Notes: generated from the sequence alone by a model not told the origin. Shown: positions 18,982 to 29,338, counted from the stretch's first letter. The stretch is 64,000 nucleotides of DNA from Gammaproteobacteria bacterium (GCA_038133485.1 JAYPTH010000001.1:33474-97473), one strand, 5' to 3'. Program-made: numbers and translations.

Positions 18982-20943
18982 TTGATCAATAACCAAACTG
19001 TTAATGCATTAAGATTCCTATCAGCTGATGCTGTGGAAAAAGCTAAATCTGGCCATCCCGGTATGCCATTAGGTATGGCTGATATTGCAGAAGTTTTATG
19101 GCGAAAACACCTTAATCATTCACCATCAAATCCAAAGTGGTTCAATAGAGATCGCTTTGTTTTATCAAATGGTCATGGGTCAATGTTGCTTTATAGTTTG
19201 CTGCACTTATCTGGTTATGACTTATCGATAGATGACATAAAGAATTTCAGACAATTGCATTCTAAAACACCTGGTCATCCAGAATTCAAAATCACTCCAG
19301 GAGTAGAGACAACCACTGGCCCTTTAGGCCAAGGCATTGCCAATGCTGTAGGCATGGCGCTTGCTGAGCAGGTTCTTTCTGCAAAGATAAATACAGATAA
19401 TTTAGCTCCTATTAATCATTACACATATTGTTTTTTAGGTGACGGATGCTTAATGGAGGGAATCTCGCATGAGGCAATGTCTTTTGCTGGCGTTATGAAG
19501 TTAAAAAAGCTTATTTGTTTTTATGATAGTAATGGCATTTCGATTGATGGAGAGATATCTGAATGGTATCGAGATGATATCTCATTACGATGTAAAGCAT
19601 ACAACTGGAATGTAATTGATAACGTTAATGGGCATGATGCAAAAGCGATAGATGCTGCCATTATTGCAGCAAAACAATCAGATAAGCCCACCATGATAGT
19701 CTGTAAAACATCAATTGGATATGGAGCAGGCGATAAACAGGATAATGCATCGTCTCATGGAGCAGCTTTAGGTGAGGAGCATTTGTCCCAGTTAAGAAGA
19801 AATTTAGGGTGGGAACATGAACCTTTCAATATTCCACAAAAAGTTTATGAAGATTGGGATGCTAAAGAGAGAGGTAAAGAGCTAGAAAAGGAATGGGAAA
19901 AAATCTGTGTAGCCCATAAAACAGACAATAAGGAAAAGTCAGATTTTTTAGACAGGCTTCTAAAAGATGAGTTGCCAGATAATTTCATCAATATGTTTGA
20001 TAACTATATAGAAAGCCTTGCTAAATATGATGAAAAAATTGCCACAAGAAAAGCTTCACAAAATGTGCTTGAGTTTGTTTCTTCAGAATTAGATGAGCTT
20101 ATTGGAGGTTCTGCTGATTTAACTGGTTCAAATAATACAAATACTAGTCTTTCAAAATCAATAGCAAGGGAGTCAGATGGCAACTATATTTTTTATGGTG
20201 TTCGTGAGTTTGGAATGAATGCAATTATGAATGGGATTGCCTTGCATGGTGGGCTTATTCCTTATGGCGGAACTTTTTTAGTTTTTATGGATTATGGTAG
20301 GAATGCTGTAAGGATGGCATCCTTGATGGGGCTAAGAGTAATATTTGTATTTTCACATGATTCGATTGCCCTTGGAGAAGACGGCCCAACACACCAACCA
20401 ATTGAACAACTCACCACACTAAGATCAACACCAAATATGCACACTTGGCGCCCTTCTTCATCCTATGAGACAGCAATCGCTTGGAAGTCAGCACTAACAC
20501 GAAAAGATGGCCCAACATCATTGATTTTATCTAGACAAAACCTTGAACCAATTAAAGCCATGCCCCCAGAAGCAGTAGCAAGCGGTGGTTATTACTTAAA
20601 AGAATCACAAGATGCAAAAATTAATCTAATTGCTACTGGTTCTGAGGTGCAGACTTGTTTGGCTGCTGCTGATCTTCTTGCTGCAGATGGAATTAATGTG
20701 AATGTATGTTCTGTTCCATGCATAGAAATTTTAGAAGAAAATGAATACGCCTATAATTCAATTTTTAATGATAAATTTCTGAATATTGCTGTAGAGTGCT
20801 CCCACCCCAATTCTTGGTATAAACACACAAGCAATGTTATTGGCATAAATTCTTACGGTGAATCTGCGCCAGGCGATATTTTGCTGGATCATTTCGGTTT
20901 TAGTGCTGAAAAAATAGCAAAAAAAGTTAGAGATCTAGTCTAG
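18982..20943 (+). CDS. tkt: Transketolase
   Basis: Contains the 'GHPGMPLGMADIA' and 'GDGCLMEGIS' motifs. It has a TTG start with GGAAAGGA about 9 nt upstream. Confidence 0.95.
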   Translation: MINNQTVNALRFLSADAVEKAKSGHPGMPLGMADIAEVLWRKHLNHSPSNPKWFNRDRFVLSNGHGSMLLYSLLHLSGYDLSIDDIKNFRQLHSKTPGHPEFKITPGVETTTGPLGQGIANAVGMALAEQVLSAKINTDNLAPINHYTYCFLGDGCLMEGISHEAMSFAGVMKLKKLICFYDSNGISIDGEISEWYRDDISLRCKAYNWNVIDNVNGHDAKAIDAAIIAAKQSDKPTMIVCKTSIGYGAGDKQDNASSHGAALGEEHLSQLRRNLGWEHEPFNIPQKVYEDWDAKERGKELEKEWEKICVAHKTDNKEKSDFLDRLLKDELPDNFINMFDNYIESLAKYDEKIATRKASQNVLEFVSSELDELIGGSADLTGSNNTNTSLSKSIARESDGNYIFYGVREFGMNAIMNGIALHGGLIPYGGTFLVFMDYGRNAVRMASLMGLRVIFVFSHDSIALGEDGPTHQPIEQLTTLRSTPNMHTWRPSSSYETAIAWKSALTRKDGPTSLILSRQNLEPIKAMPPEAVASGGYYLKESQDAKINLIATGSEVQTCLAAADLLAADGINVNVCSVPCIEILEENEYAYNSIFNDKFLNIAVECSHPNSWYKHTSNVIGINSYGESAPGDILLDHFGFSAEKIAKKVRDLV

Positions 20944-20945
20944 AA

Positions 20946-22061
20946 ATGAAACATTTGCTTGATTTAGACTTGAACCAAAAAAGAGTAGGGATAAGGGTCG
21001 ATTTAAATGTTCCAATTGAAAATGGAAAAATTCTCAATGATGAGAGATTGTTAGCTGCACTTCCATCAATTATTCACATTTTAAAATATACCAATGAATT
21101 AACTATAATCACTCACCTTGGCAGACCCCAAGAAGGTATTTTTGATGAAGCTCTTTCGGTGAGGCCAATCATGGAGTGGTTTCAGAATAAGCTAAAGAGA
21201 AAAATAACCTTAAGTCGAGATTTTGATTCCTTGGGAAAAGGAATTTCTTTTGTAGAAAATGTTCGCTTCCAAAATGGGGAAGCTATGAATAGTGAAATTC
21301 TGGGGAAAAAGATAGCAGATTGCTTTGATGTATACGTCATGGATGCTTTTGCTACCGCACACAGAAAAGCTGCCTCTACATATGGCGCTATTAAATATTC
21401 AAAGCTTGCCTGTGCAGGCATTCTGTTTAGCAATGAGGTTAAAAATATCGGTTTAGGGCTAAATGAAGAAACAACACTAAGTAGCATAGTTGGTGGGTCA
21501 AAAGTTTCCACAAAGTTAGAAGTTATTTCAAATTTGTTGCTTAAGTCAGAGAAAGTATTGGTTGGTGGAGGTATCGCCAATACATTTCTTAAAGCCAAAG
21601 GCTATGAAATTGGCACATCTTTGGTAGAAGATGAAATGCTTGATGTAGCGAAACAAATGCTAACTACTGGAAAAATAATACTTCCGGAAAGTGTTGTTGT
21701 AGCAGCATCAATTGATTCTGATGAAATAGATATGGTTGATGTAAGTTTAGTTCCGAAAGATAAAATGATTTTGGATATAACATTTAATGTTGAGGAATTT
21801 TCTAAAGCATCAACTGAAGTGATCCTTTGGAATGGCCCCTTGGGTATTTTTGAAGTAGATAAATATTCAAAAGGAACTAAAGATCTAGTTTCTTACCTTG
21901 CAGACTCAAAAAGTAGAGTGATTGCAGGTGGAGGTGAAACTATCTTTGCAATCACAAAATTTTCTAGCATTGAAAAATTTCATTATGTTTCTACAGCCGG
22001 CGGCGCCTTTTTAGAATTTTTAGGTGGTAGAGAGCTTCCATCAATAGAGGCATTAAACTAA
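20946..22061 (+). CDS. pgk: Phosphoglycerate kinase
   Basis: Contains the 'RVDLNVP' and 'VGGGIANTFLKAKG' motifs. Confidence 0.95.
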   Translation: MKHLLDLDLNQKRVGIRVDLNVPIENGKILNDERLLAALPSIIHILKYTNELTIITHLGRPQEGIFDEALSVRPIMEWFQNKLKRKITLSRDFDSLGKGISFVENVRFQNGEAMNSEILGKKIADCFDVYVMDAFATAHRKAASTYGAIKYSKLACAGILFSNEVKNIGLGLNEETTLSSIVGGSKVSTKLEVISNLLLKSEKVLVGGGIANTFLKAKGYEIGTSLVEDEMLDVAKQMLTTGKIILPESVVVAASIDSDEIDMVDVSLVPKDKMILDITFNVEEFSKASTEVILWNGPLGIFEVDKYSKGTKDLVSYLADSKSRVIAGGGETIFAITKFSSIEKFHYVSTAGGAFLEFLGGRELPSIEALN

Positions 22062-22070
22062 AATACTCCA

Positions 22071-23135
22071 ATGTCCCTAATATCATTAAGACAATTACTC
22101 GACCACGCGGCTGAGAACGACTACGGTGTTCCAGCATTTAATGTAAATAATCTAGAGCAAATGAGAGCCATCATGGAGGCGGCTAACGAGACCAATAGTC
22201 CCGTTATAGTTCAAGCTTCTGCTGGTGCGAGGAAATATGCGGGGCCAACATTTTTAAGACATCTCATTTTAGCTGCTATGGAAGAATTTCCACACATACC
22301 TGTAGTAATGCACCAAGATCATGGCGCGTCTCCAGATGTTTGTCAGCGTTCTATTCAGCTTGGATTCTCATCAGTAATGATGGACGGATCATTAATGGAG
22401 GATATGAAAACTCCGTCATCCTATGAATACAATGTAGATGTAACAAGAAGAACAGTTGAATTTGCACACGCATGCGGTGTGTCGGTTGAGGGAGAGCTTG
22501 GTTGTTTAGGCTCGCTTGAAACTGGCATGGCTGGTGAAGAAGACGGCAGCGGTGCTGAAGGGGTTTTAAGTGAAGATATGCTTTTAACCGACCCGGATGA
22601 AGCCGCATCTTTTGTTAAAGACACAAAAGTAGATGCTTTAGCAATTGCTATCGGAACTTCTCATGGCGCATATAAATTTACAAGACCACCAACAGGAGAT
22701 ATTTTATCAATGAAAAGAGTTAGAGAGTTGCATGAGCGTATTCCAAATACTCACCTTGTAATGCATGGATCTTCAAGTGTGCCACAAGACCAATTAGAAA
22801 TTATTAACCAGTATGGTGGAGAAATCCCTGAAACCTATGGAGTTCCTGTTGAAGAAATTCAGGAGGGCATCAAAAATGGTGTAAGAAAAGTCAATATTGA
22901 TACCGACCTTAGATTGGCATCAACTGCAACAATCAGAAAATTTATGGCAGAAAATAAAAGTGAATTTGATCCAAGAAAATATCTTGGCAAAACAGTTGAT
23001 GCTATGAAGAAAATATGTGTTGATCGGTATGAAGCCTTTGGCTGTAGTGGAAATGCATCAAAGATTAAGACAATTTCTTTGTTTGATATGACAGATAGAT
23101 ATAAAAATGGAGAACTTGATCCGGTGGTAAATTGA
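22071..23135 (+). CDS. fba: Fructose-bisphosphate aldolase, class II (354-aa Calvin-cycle/Pseudomonas subtype)
   Basis: Contains the 'HQDHG' and 'GTSHGAYKF' motifs. The pgk-fba order supports the call. Confidence 0.95.
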   Translation: MSLISLRQLLDHAAENDYGVPAFNVNNLEQMRAIMEAANETNSPVIVQASAGARKYAGPTFLRHLILAAMEEFPHIPVVMHQDHGASPDVCQRSIQLGFSSVMMDGSLMEDMKTPSSYEYNVDVTRRTVEFAHACGVSVEGELGCLGSLETGMAGEEDGSGAEGVLSEDMLLTDPDEAASFVKDTKVDALAIAIGTSHGAYKFTRPPTGDILSMKRVRELHERIPNTHLVMHGSSSVPQDQLEIINQYGGEIPETYGVPVEEIQEGIKNGVRKVNIDTDLRLASTATIRKFMAENKSEFDPRKYLGKTVDAMKKICVDRYEAFGCSGNASKIKTISLFDMTDRYKNGELDPVVN

Positions 23136-23674
23136 AAAACGTATGTGTTTTCTTATCCTCAAAAAATGTGGGGATAGATGTAAGCGAAGAACTCAGCCTT
23201 TTGGCTGAGTTTTTTTCATCTAAAGGGTATGGGCTTGTATATGGTGGAGGCAATAGGGGCAATATGGGCGTCGTTTCTAGAGAATTTTCGGACAAAGAAG
23301 CAAAAATAAGCGGCTATAGCCTACAAATGTTTCATAAAAAAGGATTTACTCCAGACTATATTGATCATCTAGAAATTGCCGATACATTCTCTGATAGGAA
23401 ACAGCGCATGATTGATAACTCAGATATTTTCATTATTTTTCCGGGAGGGCTTGGAACAATTGATGAACTTATAGATGTAATTAATTTAGATGGTTTGGAA
23501 ATTCTTGGAAAAGGCATTTATCTTTTAAATAAAGATGGTTTTTGGACAGAGCTACTTGCATGGATGAACAAAGCATTAGAGATGGAATATATCCCACTTG
23601 CCCCTCCAAATTTACATGTTTCAGAGTCATTTGAAGAGATGCTTCAACAAATAACTAGAAATGAGCAGCTCTGA
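23132..23674 (+). CDS. LOG family / TIGR00730 Rossmann-fold nucleotide-binding protein
   Basis: Contains the '[10 protein letters not shown]' motif and an N-terminal 'VCVFLSS'. It has a TTG start in a TTGA overlap with the fba stop. Confidence 0.8.
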   Translation: MKNVCVFLSSKNVGIDVSEELSLLAEFFSSKGYGLVYGGGNRGNMGVVSREFSDKEAKISGYSLQMFHKKGFTPDYIDHLEIADTFSDRKQRMIDNSDIFIIFPGGLGTIDELIDVINLDGLEILGKGIYLLNKDGFWTELLAWMNKALEMEYIPLAPPNLHVSESFEEMLQQITRNEQL

Positions 23675-25574
23675 GAAAAAAAAATTCAAAAACCCTTACT
23701 TAAAAGACTTCGAACATTTTAAAAGTGAATATTTTGAATCTATAAATAACCCAGACTCATTTTTTTTAAACAAAGCAAAAGATAACTTAAGTTGGTTTAA
23801 AGTCCCAAAAAAAGGCTTTAATAACAAATTTACTGAGCCAAAATGGTTTGAGGATGGCAAGTTAAATATTTCTTACAACTGTGTCGATAGGCATGCAGCT
23901 AAAACACCAAACAAAGTAGCTATTATCTGGCAAGGTGATGAGAGACCAAAAGCTCAAAAAATAACCTATAAAGAATTACTTAAAGAAGTATCCATGCTCG
24001 CTAATGGCTTTAAGGAGCTTGGAGTGAAAAAGGGCGACCGAGTGTGTATCTATATGCCTATGATTCCAGAAGCTGCCTATACCATGTTAGCTTGCATGCG
24101 AATAGGGGCAATTCATTCTGTAGTTTTTGGAGGATTCTCTCCAGAAGCAATTAGGTCAAGAATTGATGATGCAGGGTGTAAATATGTTGTGACAGCTGAT
24201 GAAGGAATAAGGGGCGGAAAGAGAGTTCGCCTAAAAGATAGTGTTGATAAAGCCTTGGTAGGTTGCAGCTCAGTTAAAAAAGTAATTGTAAAAAAATATA
24301 CGGGGTCAGATATAGCTTGGAATAATAAAATAGACATTGATTACGATACTTTAATAAAACAACAAGATGAATTTTGTGAATGTGAAGAACTTAATTCAGA
24401 AGACCCCTCATTCATTCTTTATACATCTGGCTCCACAGGAAAACCAAAAGGAGTTATGCATACTACAGGGGGATATTTATTAGGCGCACATATGTCTTTT
24501 AAATATATTTTTGGGTACAAGGAAAATAAAGTTTTCTGGTGTACAGCTGATGTTGGATGGATCACGGGCCATACTTATATTCTTTATGGACCATTGTCCA
24601 ACGGAGCAACAACTTTAATGTTTGAAGGGGTGCCAAGCTATCCTGATGCTTCAAGGTTCTGGCAAGTATGTGATGATCACAAAGTTAATATTTTTTATAC
24701 AGCTCCAACTGCCATCCGAGCGTTAATCGCAGCAGGAGATAGCTATTTAGAATCAAGTTCTAGAGATTCATTGGAAGTATTAGGCACTGTTGGCGAACCA
24801 ATAAACCCTGAGGTGTGGCAGTGGTACTACGAGAAAGTAGGCAAGTCTTCGTGTGAACTGGTAGATACCTGGTGGCAAACTGAAACAGGCTCAGTCCTTG
24901 TAAGTCCAATAGCAGGCATTACTCCTACAAAACCAGGCTCAGCGACATTACCGTTTTTTGGTGTTCAACCATCTATAGTTGATGCAGAAGGAAATGTCAT
25001 CGGTGGAGAAGCTAAAGGAAATTTATGTATTGAGCAAAGTTGGCCAAGTCAAATTAGAAGCGTATATGGCGACCATAAAAGAATGTTAGAGACTTATTTT
25101 TCAACCTATGAAGGAAAATATTTCACTGGCGATGGCGCTAGGCGAGATAAAGATAGTTATTATTGGATTACAGGTAGGGTGGATGATGTGCTCAATGTTT
25201 CTGGACATAGAATTGGTACTGCAGAAGTTGAAAGTGCAATTGTTGAACATTCAATTGTCGCTGAAGCTGCAGTAGTAGGAATTGAGCACGATATAAAGGG
25301 ACAAGCAATTTATGCTTTTGTCATTTTAAAAGGCAAGGAAAAGGAACAAGATCATTTATATAGAGAGATCTTAGATCAGGTGGCAAACTCAATTGGAAAA
25401 ATTGCAAAACCAGATAAAATCCAATTTGTTAGAGATCTGCCCAAAACAAGATCAGGGAAGATAATGCGTAGAATTTTGCGTAAAATAGCAAATAATGATG
25501 TTGATGATCTTGGAGACATAACTACTCTTGCTGATCCAACGATTGTTAATGATTTAATTGAGGGAAGACAATGA
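23661..25574 (+). CDS. acs: Acetyl-CoA synthetase
   Basis: Contains the '[12 protein letters not shown]' AMP-binding motif. Length is 637 aa, with a C-terminal '[11 protein letters not shown]'. Confidence 0.95.
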   Translation: MSSSEKKKFKNPYLKDFEHFKSEYFESINNPDSFFLNKAKDNLSWFKVPKKGFNNKFTEPKWFEDGKLNISYNCVDRHAAKTPNKVAIIWQGDERPKAQKITYKELLKEVSMLANGFKELGVKKGDRVCIYMPMIPEAAYTMLACMRIGAIHSVVFGGFSPEAIRSRIDDAGCKYVVTADEGIRGGKRVRLKDSVDKALVGCSSVKKVIVKKYTGSDIAWNNKIDIDYDTLIKQQDEFCECEELNSEDPSFILYTSGSTGKPKGVMHTTGGYLLGAHMSFKYIFGYKENKVFWCTADVGWITGHTYILYGPLSNGATTLMFEGVPSYPDASRFWQVCDDHKVNIFYTAPTAIRALIAAGDSYLESSSRDSLEVLGTVGEPINPEVWQWYYEKVGKSSCELVDTWWQTETGSVLVSPIAGITPTKPGSATLPFFGVQPSIVDAEGNVIGGEAKGNLCIEQSWPSQIRSVYGDHKRMLETYFSTYEGKYFTGDGARRDKDSYYWITGRVDDVLNVSGHRIGTAEVESAIVEHSIVAEAAVVGIEHDIKGQAIYAFVILKGKEKEQDHLYREILDQVANSIGKIAKPDKIQFVRDLPKTRSGKIMRRILRKIANNDVDDLGDITTLADPTIVNDLIEGRQ

Positions 25575-26323
25575 GTAAACTTGCATTAATTTCTGGTAGC
25601 AGCAGAGGCTTAGGAGCTGAAATAGCAAAAATTTTGGCAGCTAATGGCTATAAAGTTGCAATTAATTATTTTAAAAGTGAAGATGCAGCAAAGCAGCTAG
25701 CAGCTCAACTTGGAGAAAACTGTAGCGCTTTTTATGCCGATGTATCAAAAAAAGATGATGTAATTAATATGATCTCAAACATTAAAGAATGTTTTAACGA
25801 TGCACCTGCAATACTAATCAATAATGCTTTAGCAAATTATCAATTTAATGGTGATTTTAGGGCTAAAGCACAAGATATTTCTTGGGAGGAGGTTCAAAAG
25901 CAAATGGATGTTACAGTCAAAGGGTCAATGAACTTAATTCAAAGTTTGATACCTGATATGAGTTCAAAATCTTATGGGAAAATTATTAATATTGGAACAA
26001 ACTTGTTTCAGAATCCTGTTGTTCCTTATCATGACTATATTATTGCAAAGGGAGCGCTCTTGGCTTTAACAAGATCATTTGCAAAAGATCTTGGACAATT
26101 TGGTATCAGAGTCAATATGATCTCAGGGGGGCTACTAAAAGTGACAGATGCAAGCTCATCAACTCCAGATGAAGTATTTGACTACATATCTGAACAAACT
26201 CCCGTTGGAGCAGTAACTACCACTGAAGATTTTGCAAAAACTATTTTATTTTTTGCTTCCAACGATTCTGATGCTATTACTGGTCAAAATATGACAGTTG
26301 ATGGTGGCTTAACCTTCAATTAA
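25571..26323 (+). CDS. SDR-family oxidoreductase (FabG-like 3-oxoacyl reductase)
   Basis: Contains the '[12 protein letters not shown]' glycine-rich motif and a YxxxK-type pattern ('YIIAKGA'). Confidence 0.8.
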   Translation: MSKLALISGSSRGLGAEIAKILAANGYKVAINYFKSEDAAKQLAAQLGENCSAFYADVSKKDDVINMISNIKECFNDAPAILINNALANYQFNGDFRAKAQDISWEEVQKQMDVTVKGSMNLIQSLIPDMSSKSYGKIINIGTNLFQNPVVPYHDYIIAKGALLALTRSFAKDLGQFGIRVNMISGGLLKVTDASSSTPDEVFDYISEQTPVGAVTTTEDFAKTILFFASNDSDAITGQNMTVDGGLTFN

Positions 26324-26330
26324 AGATTTA

Positions 26331-26723
26331 TTAGCACTTTTGGTTAAGAATGTTTGATGCTTTCCTAAATTTATTTTCTTTAGCATAAGCTAATTTCATA
26401 CGACATGTTTTGAGGTAATTTACATTTCCGTATTCTTGCAATTGATAAGCATCAAACATCAAACCAAACAATGAAACATCAGCAATTTCCGAAGAACCTA
26501 AATCTTTAATATATATTGTTAATTGTCCATTTTCAGATTTAACCAAACAACCATTTGAGGAAGATGGGCAAGCTGCTTCAGCTTTTATTGCATCATTTTC
26601 TATATTTAAATCTAGTTGTATATGATTTTTTTCTACTTGAATAACATCTGGCAGAATCAATATGGCTGCAGGCCATATTTCCATTGCGAAGATTAATAAT
26701 CCAATTTTTGTAAAACGTTTCAT
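26331..26723 (-). CDS. Hypothetical secreted Cys-containing protein (130 aa)
   Basis: Has a signal-peptide-like N-terminus 'MKRFTKIGLLIFA' and five Cys residues. I recognise no family and see no obvious SD. Confidence 0.5.
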   Translation of the reverse strand: MKRFTKIGLLIFAMEIWPAAILILPDVIQVEKNHIQLDLNIENDAIKAEAACPSSSNGCLVKSENGQLTIYIKDLGSSEIADVSLFGLMFDAYQLQEYGNVNYLKTCRMKLAYAKENKFRKASNILNQKC

Positions 26724-26765
26724 GCAACAGATATGTTACAGTAATGTTACAGAAATGTCACAAAT
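26722..26765. repeat. Four tandem 11-bp direct repeats (top strand ATGCAACAGAT / ATGTTACAGTA / ATGTTACAGAA / ATGTCACAAAT)
   Basis: Read directly from the sequence, with units starting at 26722, 26733, 26744 and 26755. On the minus strand these read CTGTAAC-type boxes at helical-turn spacing, running into the ATG at 26723. Confidence 0.85.
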
Positions 26766-26768
26766 GAA

Positions 26769-26900
26769 TTAGTTATTATTTTCTGTATCGTTTATATCTT
26801 GATTTTTTCTAGAGTATTTTTTTTTGTCCTTTTGAATACGCTGTCGATATTTTGGTGTAATGAGATCTTTGTTTAATAAGTTACGACTTTTCTTTTTCAT
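26769..26900 (-). CDS. 43-aa basic small ORF, tentatively ArfA-like (alternative ribosome-rescue factor A)
   Basis: My own translation is MKKKSRNLLNKDLITPKYRQRIQKDKKKYSRKNQDINDTENNN. 'LL..P.YRQRIQKDKK..YSRK' resembles my memory of E. coli ArfA '[25 protein letters not shown]'. It overlaps the tatC 3' end by 20 nt and fills an otherwise empty 157-bp gap. Confidence 0.35.
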   Translation of the reverse strand: MKKKSRNLLNKDLITPKYRQRIQKDKKKYSRKNQDINDTENNN

Positions 26901-27600
26901 TACTAAATAACAATCCCAGTTCAAATAATAGGTAGACTGGAACTGCTAACATGATTTGTGAAATAACATCAGGCGGAGATAACAACATGCCAAAGGTAAA
27001 TGCTAAAACTAATATCCAACCCCTGTTCTTTTCAAGATGTTTTTTATTTATAACGCCAAATACAACCAAGCCATTTACAACTATAGGCACTTGTGATGCT
27101 AATCCAAAAGCCAAGAATAACATCAGGCTAAAATCTAAAAATTTTGTTATGTCGGTCGAGATTTCTACCGTTGTAGGGCTTATAGTCTGAAAAAAGTTAA
27201 AGACATTAGGAAGCACCACAAAGAAACAGAAGCAGATACCAAGTACAAAAAGAAAAGCTCCAATAATTGATCTTGAAAAAATAAATTTTTTTTCATCTTC
27301 GTACAGACCTGGGGCCATAAAACTTAAAATCTGATAAATTAAAAAAGGTGTTGTCATAAGAAAGGCAAAGAAAAGTGTAAGCCTTAATGGCACAATGAAT
27401 GGCGAAGCAACTTCTACAGCTATTAGGTTTAAGCCTAAAGACCCTCTAGAGAATGTAACAAAAGCATCAAACAATACACTATTAAACGGATAGAGGATTA
27501 AAAAGACCACCAGAAAACAGACTGAAACACGAATGATGCGCTGCCTAAGTTCGGCAAAATGTGGAAATAGTGCTTTATTTATTTCTTGATTCATCTTCAA
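26881..27600 (-). CDS. tatC: Twin-arginine translocase subunit TatC
   Basis: Six-TM protein containing 'PFLIYQILSFMAPGLYEDEKK'. The tatABC order supports the call. Confidence 0.92.
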   Translation of the reverse strand: MKMNQEINKALFPHFAELRQRIIRVSVCFLVVFLILYPFNSVLFDAFVTFSRGSLGLNLIAVEVASPFIVPLRLTLFFAFLMTTPFLIYQILSFMAPGLYEDEKKFIFSRSIIGAFLFVLGICFCFFVVLPNVFNFFQTISPTTVEISTDITKFLDFSLMLFLAFGLASQVPIVVNGLVVFGVINKKHLEKNRGWILVLAFTFGMLLSPPDVISQIMLAVPVYLLFELGLLFSNEKEKS

Positions 27601-27814
27601 AAGATTTCATTTTCTGCTCATTGAAAGCATCTTGCTTCAGCTCTCTTAGGTTTAAAGTTTCTTCAGCCTCTTCTTTTATGCTTTCAACATTAGCTCTAAA
27701 TTTAAAGAAAAATTTTGTAATGTCTTGTATGAACTTGGTCAGGTCTTTGGGCTGAATAAAAAGAATCACTACTATGAATAGTAGAAGGATTTCAGGAATC
27801 CCGATTTGAATCAT
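27575..27814 (-). CDS. tatB: Twin-arginine translocase subunit TatB
   Basis: Has an N-terminal TM helix with Glu8 ('MIQIGIPEILLLF') followed by an amphipathic helix. It lies between tatA and tatC. Confidence 0.75.
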   Translation of the reverse strand: MIQIGIPEILLLFIVVILFIQPKDLTKFIQDITKFFFKFRANVESIKEEAEETLNLRELKQDAFNEQKMKSFEDESRNK

Positions 27815-27950
27815 CTTCTTCTTTAACCTCTTTTTTGAATCCTTTTAATGCTTTCCCAAGATCAGATCCTAAATTAGCAATTCTTTTTCCACCAAAAACA
27901 AGAAGAATAATAAGTATGACAATAATTATTTGCCAGAAACCTATGCTCAT
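27792..27950 (-). CDS. tatA: Twin-arginine translocase subunit TatA (52 aa)
   Basis: My own translation is MSIGFWQIIIVILIILLVFGGKRIANLGSDLGKALKGFKKEVKEEDDSNRDS, which matches the TatA 'LLFG.KKL..LG.DLG..IKGFKK' pattern. It has an ATGA overlap with the ubiB stop. It is below the track cut-off. Confidence 0.8.
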   Translation of the reverse strand: MSIGFWQIIIVILIILLVFGGKRIANLGSDLGKALKGFKKEVKEEDDSNRDS

Positions 27951-29338
27951 GATTTATCTCCATAAATTTCAGAGTACATATCTTGTGTCTCTTCTATTTT
28001 CTTAACAACCATATATGTAAGTATATGTTTTTTTGATACAAGATACTTAACTAAACCCTGCACACTATATTTTTCTTTAAACCAATTTTGTAAGAAAGGA
28101 GAAGCAATTCCCCAAAAATCAAGCTCAGGATAAATTTGTCGACCCATGCCTTCAATATGTACTAAAGTTTTAACTAACAGCAGAAGATCATCATCAATGT
28201 AAAGATTAAAAGGGCGCATAGCTGCAAATAAATCAAGCAAAAGCTCACCAAATAGTATCTCAGATAGAGGTTGATTTAGTAGTTGTTCGCAGTTAGCTCG
28301 TAGAACCTTTTCTAATTCTTCAGTTTTAGTTTTTTTATCGACCCATTCTGCGTAGATGAATAATTGAGCAAGGGAAAAGAAATCCTTTTCAATCAATGAT
28401 GATATCATTTGGGCTAGTAAGATTTGATTTGACTCAGTTACTGAGCCACAAATGGCATAATCTACTGCTATAAAGTGTGGTGATTCTGGATTCTTTTTTG
28501 CTGCAAAAATATTCCCAGGATGCATATCTGCATGAAAAAAATTATCTTCAAAAACCTGTTTAAGAAAAATTTTTACCCCAGTTTCAGATAGTGACTTCTT
28601 ATTAATGCCATATTGTTCAAGTTGTTCAGTATCTGTCACAGGAATCCCATCTAAATAAGGCATGACCAAGACTTTTTTGGTTGTAAATTCATCGGAAATT
28701 TTTGGAATCTCTAAAAATGAATTTTCTAAAAAATTTTCATATGTTTTATTTGAGTTTGCCGCTTCAACCCTAAAATCTAACTCTTGCAAAATAACTTTTT
28801 CATATTGTTCTAAGATCTCTAGAGGTTTCACTCTTGGATAGTCACCAAGAATTAACGAAGCAAACTTTGCTGCTAGTTTAAGTGCTTTGATATCTTTAGC
28901 TACCATTCTTTCTAGCCCTGGCCTTTGAACTTTTATGACAAAATTATTTCCATTTAGCTGAAATCTATGCACCTGTGCAAGGGAAGCTGATGCTAATGGC
29001 GATTTTTCAATTGTAGAAAGAACGATGTCTGCTTTTTCAAGAAGCTGTAACTTAATCTCTTGTTCTATAATTTCAAATTCTAACGGTGCGCACGAGTCTG
29101 TTAATTTATTGAGCTCAGAAGTTATTTCTCTATTAAAGAGATCTGTTCTAGTTGATAAAAGTTGTCCAAGTTTTATGAATATTGGTCCCAGTCTTTCAAG
29201 AGACTCTTTAAATTTTTTTTCACAATTGCTCACTTTAAAGAAAGTTTTAAGCAATGGATTAAAAGAGGGCACAAGTTTATTAAATATTCCAGAATTTCTT
29301 AAAGTGAGAATGATATGTATTAGTCTTAGAAGTCTCAT
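27947..29338 (-). CDS. ubiB: Ubiquinone biosynthesis protein kinase-like UbiB (ABC1 family)
   Basis: Contains 'LASASLAQVH' and 'HADMHPGN'. It sits between ubiE and tatA as in E. coli. At 463 aa it is shorter than E. coli UbiB. Confidence 0.9.
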   Translation of the reverse strand: MRLLRLIHIILTLRNSGIFNKLVPSFNPLLKTFFKVSNCEKKFKESLERLGPIFIKLGQLLSTRTDLFNREITSELNKLTDSCAPLEFEIIEQEIKLQLLEKADIVLSTIEKSPLASASLAQVHRFQLNGNNFVIKVQRPGLERMVAKDIKALKLAAKFASLILGDYPRVKPLEILEQYEKVILQELDFRVEAANSNKTYENFLENSFLEIPKISDEFTTKKVLVMPYLDGIPVTDTEQLEQYGINKKSLSETGVKIFLKQVFEDNFFHADMHPGNIFAAKKNPESPHFIAVDYAICGSVTESNQILLAQMISSLIEKDFFSLAQLFIYAEWVDKKTKTEELEKVLRANCEQLLNQPLSEILFGELLLDLFAAMRPFNLYIDDDLLLLVKTLVHIEGMGRQIYPELDFWGIASPFLQNWFKEKYSVQGLVKYLVSKKHILTYMVVKKIEETQDMYSEIYGDKS

